A stretch of DNA of 64,000 nt from Bispira polyomma (GCA_965649765.1 OZ287750.1:5146001-5210000), one strand, 5' to 3'; counted from the stretch's first letter, positions 13,376-28,029 are shown. Made by a program: numbers and translations. The notes: a model not told the origin generated them from the letters alone.

Positions 13376-14723
13376 TCCCCAACCCCGCAGCTGTTGGTGA
13401 TAAGGATCCAGCCATTCTTTAAGTTTCACCCTGTAGGACATTTTTACCACTTCTTTCCATCTGAGCTGAGGCAAAGCTTTAGGCGTGTAATGCTGGCTTT
13501 CTCTTTTTCATGTATACAATGCTCTACCATATCCTGACATATTCCTCTCGTTCATGGTTCTGATAAGGCTAATTTGGCTGCAGAACTGTGTCAGGTTAAG
13601 CTTGATTTAGGGTCAAAGCAACCTTTAGAGTTTTGTAGTTTTTTTGCCTTGGTTGATTTTCATTTCTTTCTTTTTCCAAAACCTCTGATCTGTAAATTTT
13701 TGTCAATACCATAAATCTGTTTCTCTTTCAAAACTATGCTTTAATATGCCACAAATGTGTTCCTTTCAGAGCTATTCTCTTTTGTGTCTGCATCAAAGTG
13801 CAGATGTGTTTATGAGGCAATTTCTACAGTTAAGGAGCTATAAAGGAAACAAATCCTTTTGTAAAAGTGTCTACATCATAAATTCCTTTCATATTGGTCT
13901 TTAATAACTTTCCTACTAACATTTTATGTTTTCCTCTGCTGCTATAAATGCAGGCATTCGTAGGATTTACACAGAGCCACATTCAAGTTGTTTATGTCTT
14001 GTTATATTACTTTTACAGAAATTTACTCCTTTCATGTGATTCTGAAACAGCTGTTAACTTAATAAAATTGGTTAACTAATTTGGCACTGATTGTTGAGAA
14101 ATCAACCTAATTATTGGCAATATTCTTGAACTATCTTATGCTAGATAAACGACCAGAAATATTTCAGAACAACAAAGAAAAATACAGGGACATGCTGGAT
14201 CACATAAAATACTTCTAGGTAGTGGTGCTTCTAGAAAGACAACATATTAATTTAACCACTTCCTTAGTACAGATTCCCATGAATGCATACTTTGTACTAC
14301 ATGTGAAATTCAAAGTAATCTACTTCCATTAGCAGAGTTTCAACTAAAAATGTTATAAAGCCATTCCTCGGACAATTTGTATTTACAATAGAGTAGCAAA
14401 AAGAAATACAATGATACATATTTGTCCAACAAAGAGAAATTGTGTGTATTTAATAACCAAATTGTAAAAGCCCATTATGTAGCAACTAAATTGGGTTTAC
14501 TGGCCAGGGGGTTACATATCCATTACCCGGGTAGCACTGACAGTGTTTGATAAACATGGCTTCTAACAAATGAACCCTATGTTGACTTTTCTGTCGTGGT
14601 TTTGTCATATAGTATGTAACATAAAATAATGTTAGCGACCTTATGATGAATATAGCTGTTAGAATCATTTTCTATATAACCTGGCCTCTTACTTGACTTC
14701 TAACCTGACCTACTGATAAAAAT

Positions 14724-14985
14724 GGCAGCCATAGTGGCCTAGGTATTAAAAACATTTGCCATATAACCTCACCTGGCATGGCAGCCATAGTGGCCTGGCT
14801 GTGAGAAGCATTAGCTATATCACCTGCCCTCTCACCTCTCTGGTACAAATCTAACTTGTTCTTGTGTGTGGAGAAGAATGTCAGACACTATACACAGCTC
14901 TATGATTTATCTAGCTAGATTGGCAAAATGTCAACAACCATTAAAATTATGTGTATGAAAAAAAATGTTAAATATATGATCACAT
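14724..14985 (+). mobile_element. Degenerate SINE with duplicated head
   Basis: ggcagccatagtggcct occurs twice (~14724 and ~14780), followed by a decayed core. Confidence 0.5.
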
Positions 14986-15124
14986 ATACAGGAATCTTGC
15001 TCAAAAAAACTTTTATGTTGGAACTCAGTATTTATCCTGAGTATTTAGATAAGAGTGCCGATTGGAACATATTGCCCTTGCAAAAAAAGCAACAACCAGG
15101 GACATTTACTTAGATAAATGCTGT

Positions 15125-15405
15125 GTCAAACAGTTTAGGCTTTGCTTTTGATGCTCCCACTGTTTGGAATGTTCTTCCTGTGATTCGTGGGTCCCCTCTC
15201 TAGCCTCTTTTAGAAAGCAACTTAAAACCCACCCGTACACCAAGGCATACCCACCTTAGTCCTTATCATCCCCTGGGGTTCTCTGTGGTGGTTGACCTTT
15301 TTCTGACCCTGGATATTGCAATTGGTTCACTGTCTTGTTGTTGTGCCTTAGAGCCCCCCCCCCCACACACCCCCCCCCCCCCTTCGAGAAAGAGGAGATT
15401 CAGTT
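15125..15405 (+). mobile_element. 3'-end fragment of a related L2 subfamily
   Basis: Degenerate FAFDAPTVWNVLP...SFRKQLKTHPYTKAYPP* followed by a 3'UTR containing an expanded C-tract at ~15354-15383. Confidence 0.8.
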
Positions 15406-17384
15406 CAATTACAATTACATTTATTTCTATGTTTTAAATGATTATGTTTTAATTGTTAAATTTTGGATGTGTATTGAGAGATTAAATACTGTAAATACTG
15501 AGCTGAAGGTGTTGATAAGTAGTTTGTATCCAACACAAAAGTGTGACAGACCAAACAAAGACAGTCAGAACCATCTCTTGGTTTATACTTTTTTGGTCCT
15601 GGCCGATTTTGAACCAATATAGTACACATAAAAGTATAAACTGAAGCACATTTTTTATGGTAATATTTTTATCAGAATATTGCATTTTTGTGAGGGGTTG
15701 GTGATTTATCAAACCCTGTATTCATTAATCAAAGTGCTGAGTATAAATTCCCTAAGCTGTCTTTATATCACACAGTTTTAAATAAAAACTACCTTCAAGC
15801 ATTGTGGTGTTGTCACATCAGAACGATTCCTCGGGGAATGCAATATTGACTTGCTGAAAGAAGGTGTGACCAAGTGGCCACTACTCAAACCTCACAAATA
15901 TATGGCTCTTTCACAATTCAAAATATAAAACATTCAGTAGATATATCAGTTACCAAAATACTGCAATGTTTACTTTATGTAGTATAAGGAATCACATGAT
16001 TTGTCATGTGACTCTATTGTTAAAATCACACGTGACTTAAACAAGAGCAGAGGGTGGTTGCAATGTTGTAACATAATACACTGCATTATGACATATTTAT
16101 CTTCGTGTTGACAATGTTGATTTAATCATTTTTTTTAATGTCAGCATATTTGCCTAGCACATTGTATAAGTAACTGTATTTCTATACTGAGTATATTTTT
16201 TTAGATTTCCTTCAGGACAAAAATAAAAATATATTTAGCACAATCCTTCGTTTAGTAAAATGTAGATTTTTATCAACACAGTCAATTGTTTAACAATAAG
16301 ATTCCTTAATTTTCTCAACATATATCATAAAAATTGATCACAAATTACAAATCATATACTACAAACCAAATCTGTATTTCATAATCATACAGTGTTCATA
16401 ATGATTTTTCCCGTATCTATTGTATCTTATTATTCTATTCTATGAGATCTAATTTCCTAACCTTAGCAGGAAATCCCCTCTAGTGACACTCACTCTTATG
16501 TAAATTCTTCCCTTTGTCGGCTGGCCAGTGTTTTCTGTCCACACAAGTTCTGTTTACACTCTTGTCAGTGATGTCAGCCATATCTATATAGTTCTAAGCA
16601 ATAATTCTATGTCTGCTGACAACAAATGCCTTAGCTTTTGGAGGTTAGTGTACACAGGGAACTTTGTCAAAAAGTGTTAAATTTCTCTAATAACCTGAAA
16701 ACATAGTATCATACACACGGTGGGGATGTTGTTTTTAAATGTATAAAAGTGATTGGGGGTTTTAGGGTTAGGGTAATTAGTGTTGCTACATAAGAGACAA
16801 TTTGGTATTTTGGTTTTCACTTTGCTGAGTCTAAGCACCCTGAATTTGGTAGCAATACCACATCTGTGCTAAAGCAGCTTGTTCTGTATTGTGTTGTCTT
16901 AATTAGATCCAGTATTCCTGACATGGCAAAGTGCTGGTAGCAGCAATTGTTGTCATTGATAAAAGTGGTGAGACCTCCAAGAATTAGTTCATCTTGATCA
17001 ATAGCGTTTCTCATTATTTGTTGAGATGGATTCTGTGTTTACAATAAGCATTACTGAATTTGCAATACCAAAGACTGTGATGTATACGTTTTCACAAGAT
17101 GCTTCATCACCTTAATGTTGGAAATCTGTCTACCCTGATTATCTTCCTATTGAAGAGATCTGGGTTCCTTATTAGTCAACTTTGTCAACTCTGTGCTATA
17201 GAGTATACATACCTTCTTGACTTAGTGGACAGTATTATACATGGTATGACAAGTAAAACATATATGTAGAGTCTTATATGGCAAGTTCATATGTAGTACA
17301 TAAAGCAAAATAATAACACAGGAAAGGGTGTCATGTTTATGCTCCACTTACAATTTAAAATATATAAAGTAACTTTATAATTTC

Positions 17385-17560
17385 CTTGAGGATATCAGCT
17401 TAAAAATATTAAATACAAGTTAAACCAACAGTTCATTGATGTAAAGGTTGTTCACAACTTAAAATATAAAACATAACTTGAGGATATTAGCTTGGAAAAT
17501 ATTAAACTCAAGTCGAACCAATAGTTCCTTGAAGTACAAGTTATTAACAAACCTAAACTC
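17385..17560. repeat. ~92-bp diverged tandem duplication
   Basis: cttgaggatat.agctt...aaaatattaaa...caagt..aaccaa.agttc.ttga occurs twice. Confidence 0.7.
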
Positions 17561-20500
17561 AAATATACAACAGTGACTAGATTTGTCTAACTAACTTGAA
17601 AGTGTAAAACGTGTTAATAAATATATCTATACATATATACTATTTACCAGATATTACAAGTTACCTTAGACACCTTTCATAGCCAATGTTTATCTATAAC
17701 AGTTAATCCATCTCAGAAGTCAAACCTGGTGAATACTTAGTAGTCCTGGAAATGAGTGGCTAATTACTGTCTTTAGGGATACCAATTTATTACGGAACTT
17801 GTCACATCCAATCAAAATCTTCTTTGTTTTGGGGGGGCTGTGTATAGCTATGTATTTAAACCTGCATTTTGTTTGGTTCGTAAAGTACAAATAGTTTTAA
17901 CAAATTGAGGGATAAATTTATAGGACTGACATCAAGTGATTTCAAAGGATGCTGGGCTTCAGAGCTGCAACCTCATATTTTATGCTGGTTACCACGGCGA
18001 CCAAACAAAAATAACCTAGTAATATCACAAAAAACAGGTAGAACAAAACAGAGGAAGCAATCATAATAACACCAGCATGACAACTGATATATGGTTACAT
18101 GACTTTCTATCACAACCTCTGCAACAAATATCATGATGGGTTGAAACTGACCAATAAATCCTGGTTTACCTGGCTACACAATTGACGTGGAATGGTGCTA
18201 TTATTTTATTGATCTGTCAAAGGGCGGGGGGGCTTTTGTCCAAAAGGAATTGATCTTTATGCCACATAAAGGCTGGATGTGCTTGACCAAGCCAATACTT
18301 CACCCTCATAAAACTCCAGCCCTTAGGACCAACTGACTTTATTTATACCTTACTACAAACCCCCTCCCCTCCCTTAAGGACACAAAGGCAAAATTCAAGC
18401 TAACTTGCCTTAATGGACGACAGAGCTGTCTGCCTCTTTCATACCACACATCTATATAGAGAGCTATTTGTCTTATTGCTGGATTTTAATGGGTATAACC
18501 CTCTGAATGAGAACACAGGTCACGGCCAAGAGCAGGTTACTCTAATTAGGTGCCGCACTACATGCTAAATAAGAGTTTGGTGTCGAAGAAAGGGCACTCA
18601 ATTGTATGACGTCACTCTAATGTACAAGGTTATTCTACTTTGAGATGTTGTATTTCTGTTTGCCATTTTGATGTTTCTTTGATTGATTATATATATTGAT
18701 GTTTAGCAAAAATTAACCAAATTGAGGCCTATTGTTAAAACACTACCAATTCTACCACTGCAAGTAATTATAGATAGTTAAATATATGAACACTAAAATA
18801 AGCAGAAAATAACTCAAATTTAAATACTGGATCTCTACATTCAGTGTGTTTCATTTGGAAATGCATTTTGCTTTTTACAGTTCTGCTTTTGTCTACTTTC
18901 ATATTTAAAAATACTTCTCATCCGACGTGTTTCAATATTGGTGATGGCAGTTAAAAAAGCATTACAAGCACATGCAACTTTGCAAAACCCCATTCTGTTG
19001 TTGGTTGTAACTATGCAATTAACCAGCAATCCTACTCCAAAAGTAGAAATCAGAGGAAATGATACTATGGTTAATCTATTCCTCTGAGTAAAATGTATCC
19101 CCGATAAAGAAATCAGCACAGATCTTATCTGGGTATTGACCCAATTAATTACCCTACTGCTGATTAGCAGAGAATGGCATTAGTAGATAACATATATAAA
19201 AATCTAGAAGTCAATACAAGAAAGTCATACATTTTAACATACAATCTTTCCGCTTTCCTGCTTCAGTAAATTGTCTAGGAGACTCCCCCCCCCTCCTCCT
19301 CCTCACTAGTCAAGCTGGGGGGTAATTATCCTTTAAGCTGACTATTTAGATGTCTGGCCAAAGGCAAATACTTGAGGGAGTTCACCAGAGAATCAGAATC
19401 AGCTGGGAGGTGATTGGGCTTTTGTTTGTCTGCAGACATTATCTCGCTTGGTGGTCTTTGTGGTGGCGGGAAAACGTCACTATGACGTCATTTCACTGGT
19501 ACAGTGGCAGCCATATTAGATTACAGAATTAAAACAAGAAAAAAATACAGACATCAATATATAGTAATTGTGTTGAGTTTAGATTTTGAATAGGTAGCTT
19601 AGCTTACATTATGTATTAATATTCTGTTAGAATTAAGTATTAGTATTCTGTTAGAATAATATTCTATTCTCTGTACTGCTTATAGATAAACAAAAAATTC
19701 AGACTGAAACTTTAGACTTTAAACAATCCAGTTGTATCTGTGGCTAACTTTGCTTAAGGCTTTGCGTTTGCCTGTATATTTGCAAACAAATTTAAATGTA
19801 CACCAGGGAAACCTAAGCTAAAACCCAGACCTAACTCCTTTATATGAAAGTAACCACTTCTTTTAATAGACCTTATAGTTGTATATTCAAATATACAGTT
19901 AGATTTTATGTATCTTCTATCTCAACAGACATAGAAAGGTCTTTGGGTTGATATTGTCTCTGAGTTAAACTTGAGATTTTTTGGAGAATGTGGCCACTGA
20001 TGTCTTAATAGAAATACTCTATGCATGGTGCTCTTCAGTTATGTATACATAGAACTTGAATAATTAAAGAATCCCAAACTAGAGCATGGGCTAGGACTAG
20101 GACTAGGTCCAAACATATGACTCAGACACAAGCAGTATGCTGACATATTCTAGTCTCGCCACCACTAAGATAGAACCAATACACTCTGCCCATTTCTCTT
20201 TTAATTTGACTGCCACTTCGAATGACATGCCTTATCAGTGATTTGATTCCAGTCGAGCGAGTGTTTGTGATTAACTTTAAATATATAAGCTTATATTTTT
20301 AGTTACAGGACCAAATTTTCTAACTCATTTTTTTAAAAAATAATTGTCTTGGTTACTTGATGCAAGGTCCTATAAATACAAATAAACACAAAACTGAAAG
20401 AGATGGAGCAACTTATAATGTTTGAATTACTTATACCATATTTGTTTTGTGCACTTTGAAGCACTCAAAACGTTCCAAATTGTTTTAATTGTATATTTGT

Positions 20501-21244
20501 AACATGACTTGTAGTAGTCTTAAACTACATGTGTATGATACTTTATATAACATTTTACAATTACTTTAAATCATTTGATAACTTGTAACACAAATGCATT
20601 TTTACTGGTAATACAGATATACCACTATCATCCCACACCCAACACACCATTACATGTGGTCACGTGTTGTAGTTCCGTTCAGCCTCCAAACGTTCACTAA
20701 TAAACTACAAGCACAAGTGTGTCTACTGAATATCTAATTTAGCATTAAAAATGAAGAATTGTATTTTGGGCCTACATTTTGTCCCCATTCCAATTGCTAG
20801 AAACCTTGAGAAAAAGTTACACCAGCAAATTGAATCAAGGTCAAAAGTCAACATAATAGTGTTAGATTGCTGAAGGAAAACAACACAAAACAATAACAGC
20901 TATTTGTAGAGACTGCTACTGGAAGGTGAGAACATTTGGGTTAATGGGGGGATTTTAGGGGTCATTAGTCTTAATGGTCATAAATACAGCCAAGCTGGTA
21001 TGTGACAAGGCCTAAATAATGCTGGTAAAATACAGGCGATAGGAAATACATAGCTGTATGCTACAGTTTGCTAAAACAGGATTGGATAGAGAAGCTTTAA
21101 ATTGCACAAGCTTATTCTAACAAAATTAAGTAAATTATTAAAGAGGAAAGTAATCAATCAGTGTTTTAAGTGTTTAGGTCTATAAGTCAGACCTTGGGTA
21201 TGAGCATATTATGGTCTCCTTGTGTGTAACAAACCTGTTGCTCT

Positions 21245-21895
21245 AGAATTCAGAGGACCCAGGTTCGATCACCCAGTCTGGGATTCCCAAGTTTTAGGCT
21301 ATCTTACATAGTGGCTTAGATCACAACTTAGGTATAGCGATCAGTGACAGTAGGTTTCAACTTTGTTTTAGATTTGTCTTCATTAGGAGCACTTTGGAAG
21401 TCTTGATATCCGTGAGCATTGATTGCACTGTCACAAAAGTTTTGAAATGTTCAGGGACGAATGCGTGTTTGTGAAGGGTTTTGTGGGGGAAGAGGGGTAT
21501 ACGTCTTGATTATTTTTTGAATGTTTGTTGTCAGTTGCACGTTGTGTTGGCTTATTTGGGCCTGTTTCGCATTAGTTGCGATTCGCAGCAGTTAATAAAC
21601 TTTTACCACACTTGTTTTAGTGGGTATTCATTATTGTCCGTCATGTCATTGTTTCTTGCTACTGGGTGTTAGTAAAACTATATCTCATTTGTGTGTCACG
21701 GCCATCACCATATTTTTTAAATTTGCCTCAGCTTCATTTGCAGAGAGAATATTTGGGAAATGAGCGCGGCGATGGGGTGATGCATTTGTCGTGTAACACT
21801 AGATCTGTGGCGTAACCGTCTACTACGAAGAGTCACGGACACACTTCTGAATAAGACTGTCGCTGTTAACAGCAACATAAAACCTAACTAAATTC
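21245..21895 (+). mobile_element. Family C SINE, apparently interrupted by an LTR-like insert
   Basis: B box GGTTCGATC at ~21262; SINE-type tail gctgttaacagcaacataaaacctaactaaa at ~21862-21892. Confidence 0.45.
21429..21798 (+). mobile_element. Possible solo LTR (Gypsy-like)
   Basis: TGTCAC...GTAACA termini, internal AATAAA at ~21594, GT-rich and CpG-richer than flanks; no matching TSD seen. Confidence 0.35.
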
Positions 21896-22849
21896 TGCCA
21901 AAATAATCGATCCGTTCCTTAAAATATGGTGATATTTTGGTTATATTTATGATATATCTGTTGACAGGTCTTCTCTTTCTTCATTTTTATTGTGGCTTTT
22001 ACGATAGTTTACTGACAATACTATCACATTTGGAGGATATACATGACGTTATCTGTCATAGGGATATTACACTTCTCTGATCACTTTTTCCTTTCAGTTG
22101 TTTATTGACTTAGATGTGTCACTATTCTTTTTTTTATAAAAGTACACCCTGGATATATCCCAAGTAATCCTGGTTATTTAAGCAGAATTTTAAAATTGTT
22201 TCACCCAGGTTTTACTGTCAAGACGACATCTGAAAAAGAACCGTGACTCAATCTAAACTGAGTTATATATCAAATTGACTAATACAATAAGGAAATCATG
22301 ATAAAACCAGAGAAATGTTTGTTCTTTGCAGAAAGAAAATCTTAAAAAAACTAAAATATTTTTGTGTGTTTAAAGCCCTAAAAAATGAAAACCTTACAGG
22401 ATGCTGGTGGACTTTGTTAGTTATATGCAATAAGTCCCACTTCTACCAATATGTTTATCTTCTTTAAAACCCAGTGGGGGCTCATTAACCCTTGAGATGT
22501 ATGGGCTCCCCTTATTAAACCTAGCAACTACCCCCTCACAGTTAAGTGTCACACCCCCAACACCAGCCCTTAAAATAGACTAGAAATTGGAGGGGGCCTT
22601 GTTTTAAACCCAAATCAAATCTTCTTGAAGGCAGAGAAAAAAAGGTAAAAGAAGGATCACCAATAATAGGTTTATTGATTAGACCAGATTGGGTTCTTCC
22701 TAGGTTTACAACTAATTTCATTTAACTGATCCATCGTTTTTTACGGGTTTTGGGGGTTTCTATTTCTGTGAATAATAAATTAAATCCCACTCACACGACC
22801 AGCTTAGTTCTTTCAAGCCAACGTAAGAAAAAGGACTAACAAAGAGACA

Positions 22850-23095
22850 TTTCCAAGCCAGAGTTGCTTTTTTTTAAGACGACAGTTGACAAAAGAGGAC
22901 CATGTTTCTGTCAAGACCAATTCACTTGAAACACATTTTAAAATTTAAACTCGTTTAACCCAAGTTTCACTTTTTGCTAAAATAGAAACAAAAATCCAAG
23001 CTTTTTCAAGACGACATCTGAAAAAGAACCGTGACTTTATCAAGACCAATTTACTTGAAACATACTTCAAACTCATTTAGCTCAGGTTTCACATA
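22850..23095. repeat. ~130-bp tandem duplication with a third partial copy at 22188-22248
   Basis: aagacgaca...tcaagaccaatt.acttgaaaca repeated; 31-nt identity between 22218-22248 and 23006-23036. Confidence 0.7.
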
Positions 23096-24463
23096 TTGTC
23101 CTAATTTTTAGCGCATCCCGTCATAAAAACCAACACTCAGCTTCCATGCATTTAGTATGCTTTAAATGTTAACTGCATACCACTCCTATTTTACTTTTGG
23201 GGTCTTTCCCCATGCCAAAACTTTCTACCAAGTTCACACAGTGGACCTCATATACCTCTCCCCTTTCACATGTAAGATATTTTGTTCATGTCCTAGTATT
23301 TCACCAAATTCACAGAGTGGACCTCATATACCTCCACCATTTCACCTTTGGGATTTTGTTGCCCATATTCTAGCATTCCACTAAGTTCGATCAAAATCAC
23401 TTCAGCAATTTTTCCCTAATCCTGCAGGAATAATTTTATTTTTCCGATTTTTGACTAGATTTTTTGTTTTTGATGAATGTATTATGCATTGAAATGGGTT
23501 CTTTATTTTTCAATGGATTTTGCCGCCAGACTGGCCTATTGGTTATGGAGTTGGGCTGGTTTTTATCCATCCATTTGATGCACTAAAACTGTCTATTATC
23601 ATTACCATTTTATTTTATTATGTTCTGTCGTACAACCATTGTGTACCCTTTCCACTTACCTAACCAGCTTTAATCAAAGAAACAAATAGAATATGACCCT
23701 TTATGACTGGCATTTTTTTCTATTCTAATACTTTAATCCACAATAAATTGGCTATGGCCTTCTACTCTTTACAACTTTAATAATATACAAACAAATAGTG
23801 GTGTGACGTCATTTTTGACATCATTCAAGTAATAAGTGGGTGGGGTGATATTTTCAGTGTATCCTACATTTATTATTCAACTTCAGCAAAGGGTATGGAC
23901 TAAAACAATGTATAATAATATACACAAAATTTGGTGATGTCATAGCTATAAAACGTGAGCTATTTTGTGTTTAGTATAGTGATGGTACTTTAACAAGGCG
24001 GGGATTTGGGACTTATTAGCTGTGCCATAGACGGACCCCGGACCTTTGTAAGGGGTCCATCCCAGAATATATTGTGTGAACATTAATATTAAAAGTTAGT
24101 TGTCATAGATCAGCCTGTATGTACCCTAAATTAGCACATGTGAGTCATGTGATACACTTTAAGGCTGGGCTGATGTCACCATGACACCTGCAATCATCTC
24201 TGTGGACAGAAGGGCCATTTATTGTGTAATAACCCTGCTGATTAGAAAGACCTCCCACAACACACTTTATGTGTTTTCCTATACCTACAGTATTACAGAC
24301 AGCCCCTCGTATATAAGACACTGATTAACTGATACTGAAAATACTTTGGTCTTCTTAGGAGAGTTGTTGGTCTGTCCATGGCAGTTTTCTTCAATATTGG
24401 CTTCTATTCACAAATGAATCTGGTATTTTTCCCAGGGGTTGTTTACAAGTTCCAAGTTGTTAA

Positions 24464-24897
24464 AGGCTGGGTCACACATACAAGGTTCGGCCCGAGTTAC
24501 AGCTACTTTTCTAAAAATACAGGACTATCTGGGAATATCCTTAAAACGACCTGGATCACCAGGAGAGAAACAAGGACATATGTCAGTGCTTGCACCTTGG
24601 CCGTCAGTGTTTTGTTTGCTTAAATACCATAGATTTGCACATTTTCGGTTCAATCCTGGTGACCCGTAAAAAATGAAGCCAATGTAAACATAACATTGGT
24701 GATACCATATACATTCGTAACTTGCCATGATGAAGCTTGTCAAGACCCTGTAATTCAGTGACAAAACTGTAACCACACCTTGACAAGCCGAAAACAAAAT
24801 GTTGCCATTTCAACGAATGGCCGCAGGAGATACGGATGGTTTGTCCGCATGTATGTAAGTGTATATCTGCCCACACCTTAAATGTGTGAACAGGCCT
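24464..24897. mobile_element. 434-bp PIF/Harbinger-type MITE
   Basis: Imperfect TIRs AGGCTGGGTCACACATACAAGG versus reverse complement AGGCCTGTTCACACATTTAAGG; TAA on both sides (24461-24463, 24898-24900). Confidence 0.75.
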
Positions 24898-26190
24898 TAA
24901 GAGCAACTTTCTACATATAACATACAATTATAACAAGTTGTTTGATAGCAGAATTTCTTTGGTGTTTGATATTAATGCTCTGTGCAACTTCCATAATCAA
25001 GTTTTTAAAATCTATTCTGTTCTATTCAAGCAAAGATGCTTTTACTGTATTATAGCCACAGGCCATTAAACAAACCCTGTACCAATTGCTTTTAAAAGCT
25101 CATCTGGAGGACACTGGTATTAAATGGGAATAGTCATCGTCTATGACAATATACCCTGATGGAAAAACCTACTGTGGACAAATGCACCATACTGTGTGAT
25201 ATAGAAGTAACTATATATCTAATGGATACTATATCGGGAATAAAATCAGCTAATGGTCTACTTGACTTTATTGAAATTAATTTCACTAAATACCTTATTA
25301 ACGTTCCATTAGACATTAGAGAAAAGAAATTACTGTTAAGTAGTTTGCAGACTTAGCATGCGGAGGCGAAGGCAAGCAGACTTATGGCAAGGCAGAGATG
25401 AACAGTAGCAGAGTTGTATACATGTTAAGTTATTGGTTTCATTGCTTTTCACAACACAAGCTGGAACCCAGATTTGCATTATACTGTATTTTTTTAATGT
25501 ATTATAACTTGAATGCTGTACCATATTCAGAAAAACCTACTTGCTAAGTAAAAGAAATAAAAAAATATTCTAATTTGAACAAGTTAACTCTCCTCAGTAG
25601 AAATCATGTGTAAAGGGCTGGGCACAGATATTGGGTTTTTGAAGCATTTACCCGTCATGCTGGTACTCGCGTGGTTTTTGGCTGCAAAGACCTTAAGACA
25701 AATGCATTTTATGGTTATTTATGGTTGGTACTATATCATGTGCAAGGAATTAACATTTAGAAAAAAATAAAATCTACACGTCTGTATTAAAACTACAGCC
25801 AATGTTGGTATGTTTGGCCGACATTTTGCCGACACAGTGGGTTTTTACCTCAGCACTTATTGATACGAAACAGCATGAATTATTCAAGAGTTATAGTGGG
25901 TTAGTTAGAGACTGCAATATTCTGGGGAGTTCCACTTATTTAGTCATCTCTGAGCAAACAAAAGTAGATCTAAATTTGATCATCAAAAAGCAGTTGAACG
26001 AGTCACAGAGAAATAGATCAAGATATACGGTACGGTTTCATAATTACACCCAAAATGGCAAGGTTCTTATAATCAAAAATCTTGACTCCTAGTAGTAAAT
26101 TTGTTGGTTTAGGCAAGATGTGTATATGTATCGTAGCCAACCAATAACGACCAATGTTCTGTTGTTGAACTGTCTTTTCTTAGAGAACTA

Positions 26191-26450
26191 AGGGGGGCTG
26201 CAGTGGCCTAGTTGTTACAAGTGTTAGCTTTACAATCACTGGCTTCTCACCAATTTTGGGTTGAATCCCATTTGTTTCTTTATGTAGAAACATTTGTCAG
26301 GTAATTGCCACAGGTCATTGGTTTACAATGCTTCAGCACTGGTTTCCTCCACCATCAAATCTAGCCGGGTATGAACTAAACTGTTGAAAGCGACATAAAA
26401 CTCAACTAAATTCAAACTCTAGCGACATCAAACCGAACTAAATTCAAACT
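26191..26450 (+). mobile_element. Family A SINE with duplicated 3' tail
   Basis: gtggcctagttgtt head, tttgtcaggtaattgcc, ggtttcctccacc; ~32-bp tail duplication (26389-26420 / 26421-26450); imperfect TSD ctt(a)gagaac. Confidence 0.8.
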
Positions 26451-27099
26451 TGAGAACGAGCACAGCAGTAGGATGGTTTTGGAGCCATATAAATGCTTCT
26501 AAATAAATAAATAGACCCTGTCAAATGTAACGTTTGGTATGTTGTGCCTTGAAAGTTGATACCACAGTGATTAAACACTTATGCCATTGACTAGATTATG
26601 TCACAACTGTAAAGTTTACAATGCACAAGATTAATAAAATGGACCATTATTTGTCCTCGGGATTTTTTTATTATTTCTTTGGTAAATAGTTTTTTTTAAA
26701 GACTGACAATTGTATGTGCAGTGATTAGACATGTTCTATTTGGTGTAGGATACTGTGCTTTTAAAAAACCATTGATCACATTGTATAGAATTAAAATAGG
26801 CTTTATGAGACTACAAAAAAGTTGTTTGTTCAATTGAATATATTACAGTCTTCATGTTGACATTGTATAATGGACTCAGATCCATAGTATGTGATTTTAT
26901 AAAAAAAATATGAACTTATAGCAGATATCTAGGCCCTAATACCTCAACCAATTTGGTTTAAATTAGGCCCAGGAATAAATGCACAGTTTGCGTGGCATGG
27001 TACTTTACAAAAACAGCTTTCCACCACAATTATGCTACAACTAAACAAGCATATGTTGTGGGCAAATAGTAAAACAAATCAAGACCTAAATTGCATTAT

Positions 27100-27299
27100 T
27101 CAGTTATTTCATTTACTAATTAGACTTGATGTAAACTGAAGGGTAGGTTAACATGTATGTTCATATTTGAATTGTAGTAGTCAGTTATTTCATTTACTAA
27201 TTAGACTTGATATAAACTGAAGGGTAGGTTAACATTTAGGTTAATATTTGAATCGTAGTAGTCAGTTATTTCATTTACTAATTAAACATGATATAAACT
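27100..27299. repeat. 81-bp tandem repeat, about 2.5 copies
   Basis: TCAGTTATTTCATTTACTAATTA at 27100, 27181 and 27262. Confidence 0.9.
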
Positions 27300-28029
27300 C
27301 AAGCTTCTCAGCATTTCTGACTTATTTGTAAAAGCTAATTTATTTCTCATTCTTTGGACATATCTATTTTTCCATAATAATTCATAAACCATAAGATCAT
27401 ACAAAGCATAAAATTTATTCCAATATAAATAGAACCTAACTTAATGGAGTAAACACAGTTCAAAGTAGTATATAATACATACTTAATCTAATTTATGCTT
27501 TGTGAGATTGATAGCAGGATCTGTCTTTTAGAGTGCACATGTCAGAACCCCTAATCACATTTATAGGAAGACTTCCGTGAAGACTTTTGATGATCAGATA
27601 TCCTAAACACAGTAAGGTATATGTCACTTGTGGTAAATTAGTCTCTTGATAAATGGAAGTCACAACTTCCCCACACTTGACATTTGGTATATAAATATAT
27701 ACTTCAGCAAATGGCTTTGTTTGGAACAAAAAGAGCCTTTAATAAATTACAAAAACACTCTTCCTAAATATTAAATAACTAGTTAACAATGGTGAAGATC
27801 ATTTCTATTTCAGTTTATAATTACAAATCTTGACACAAATTATTCTTGGGGGATATAGTACAGACTATTATTGAAACTATTAATGTAGATTGACATTTAT
27901 TGCTTATTTCAATTTAACATTATATTTATCAAATACAGTGCCAAGATATACACATTTTGTGCCATTTAGTTTATGTTTTTAGAACCCTAACATGACACAG
28001 AGCATGGGAGGAATTATTTTAGTTATCTC

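Noticed and set aside
16760-16776. Interstitial telomeric TTAGGG
   Set aside because: Only about two units; compatible with chance.
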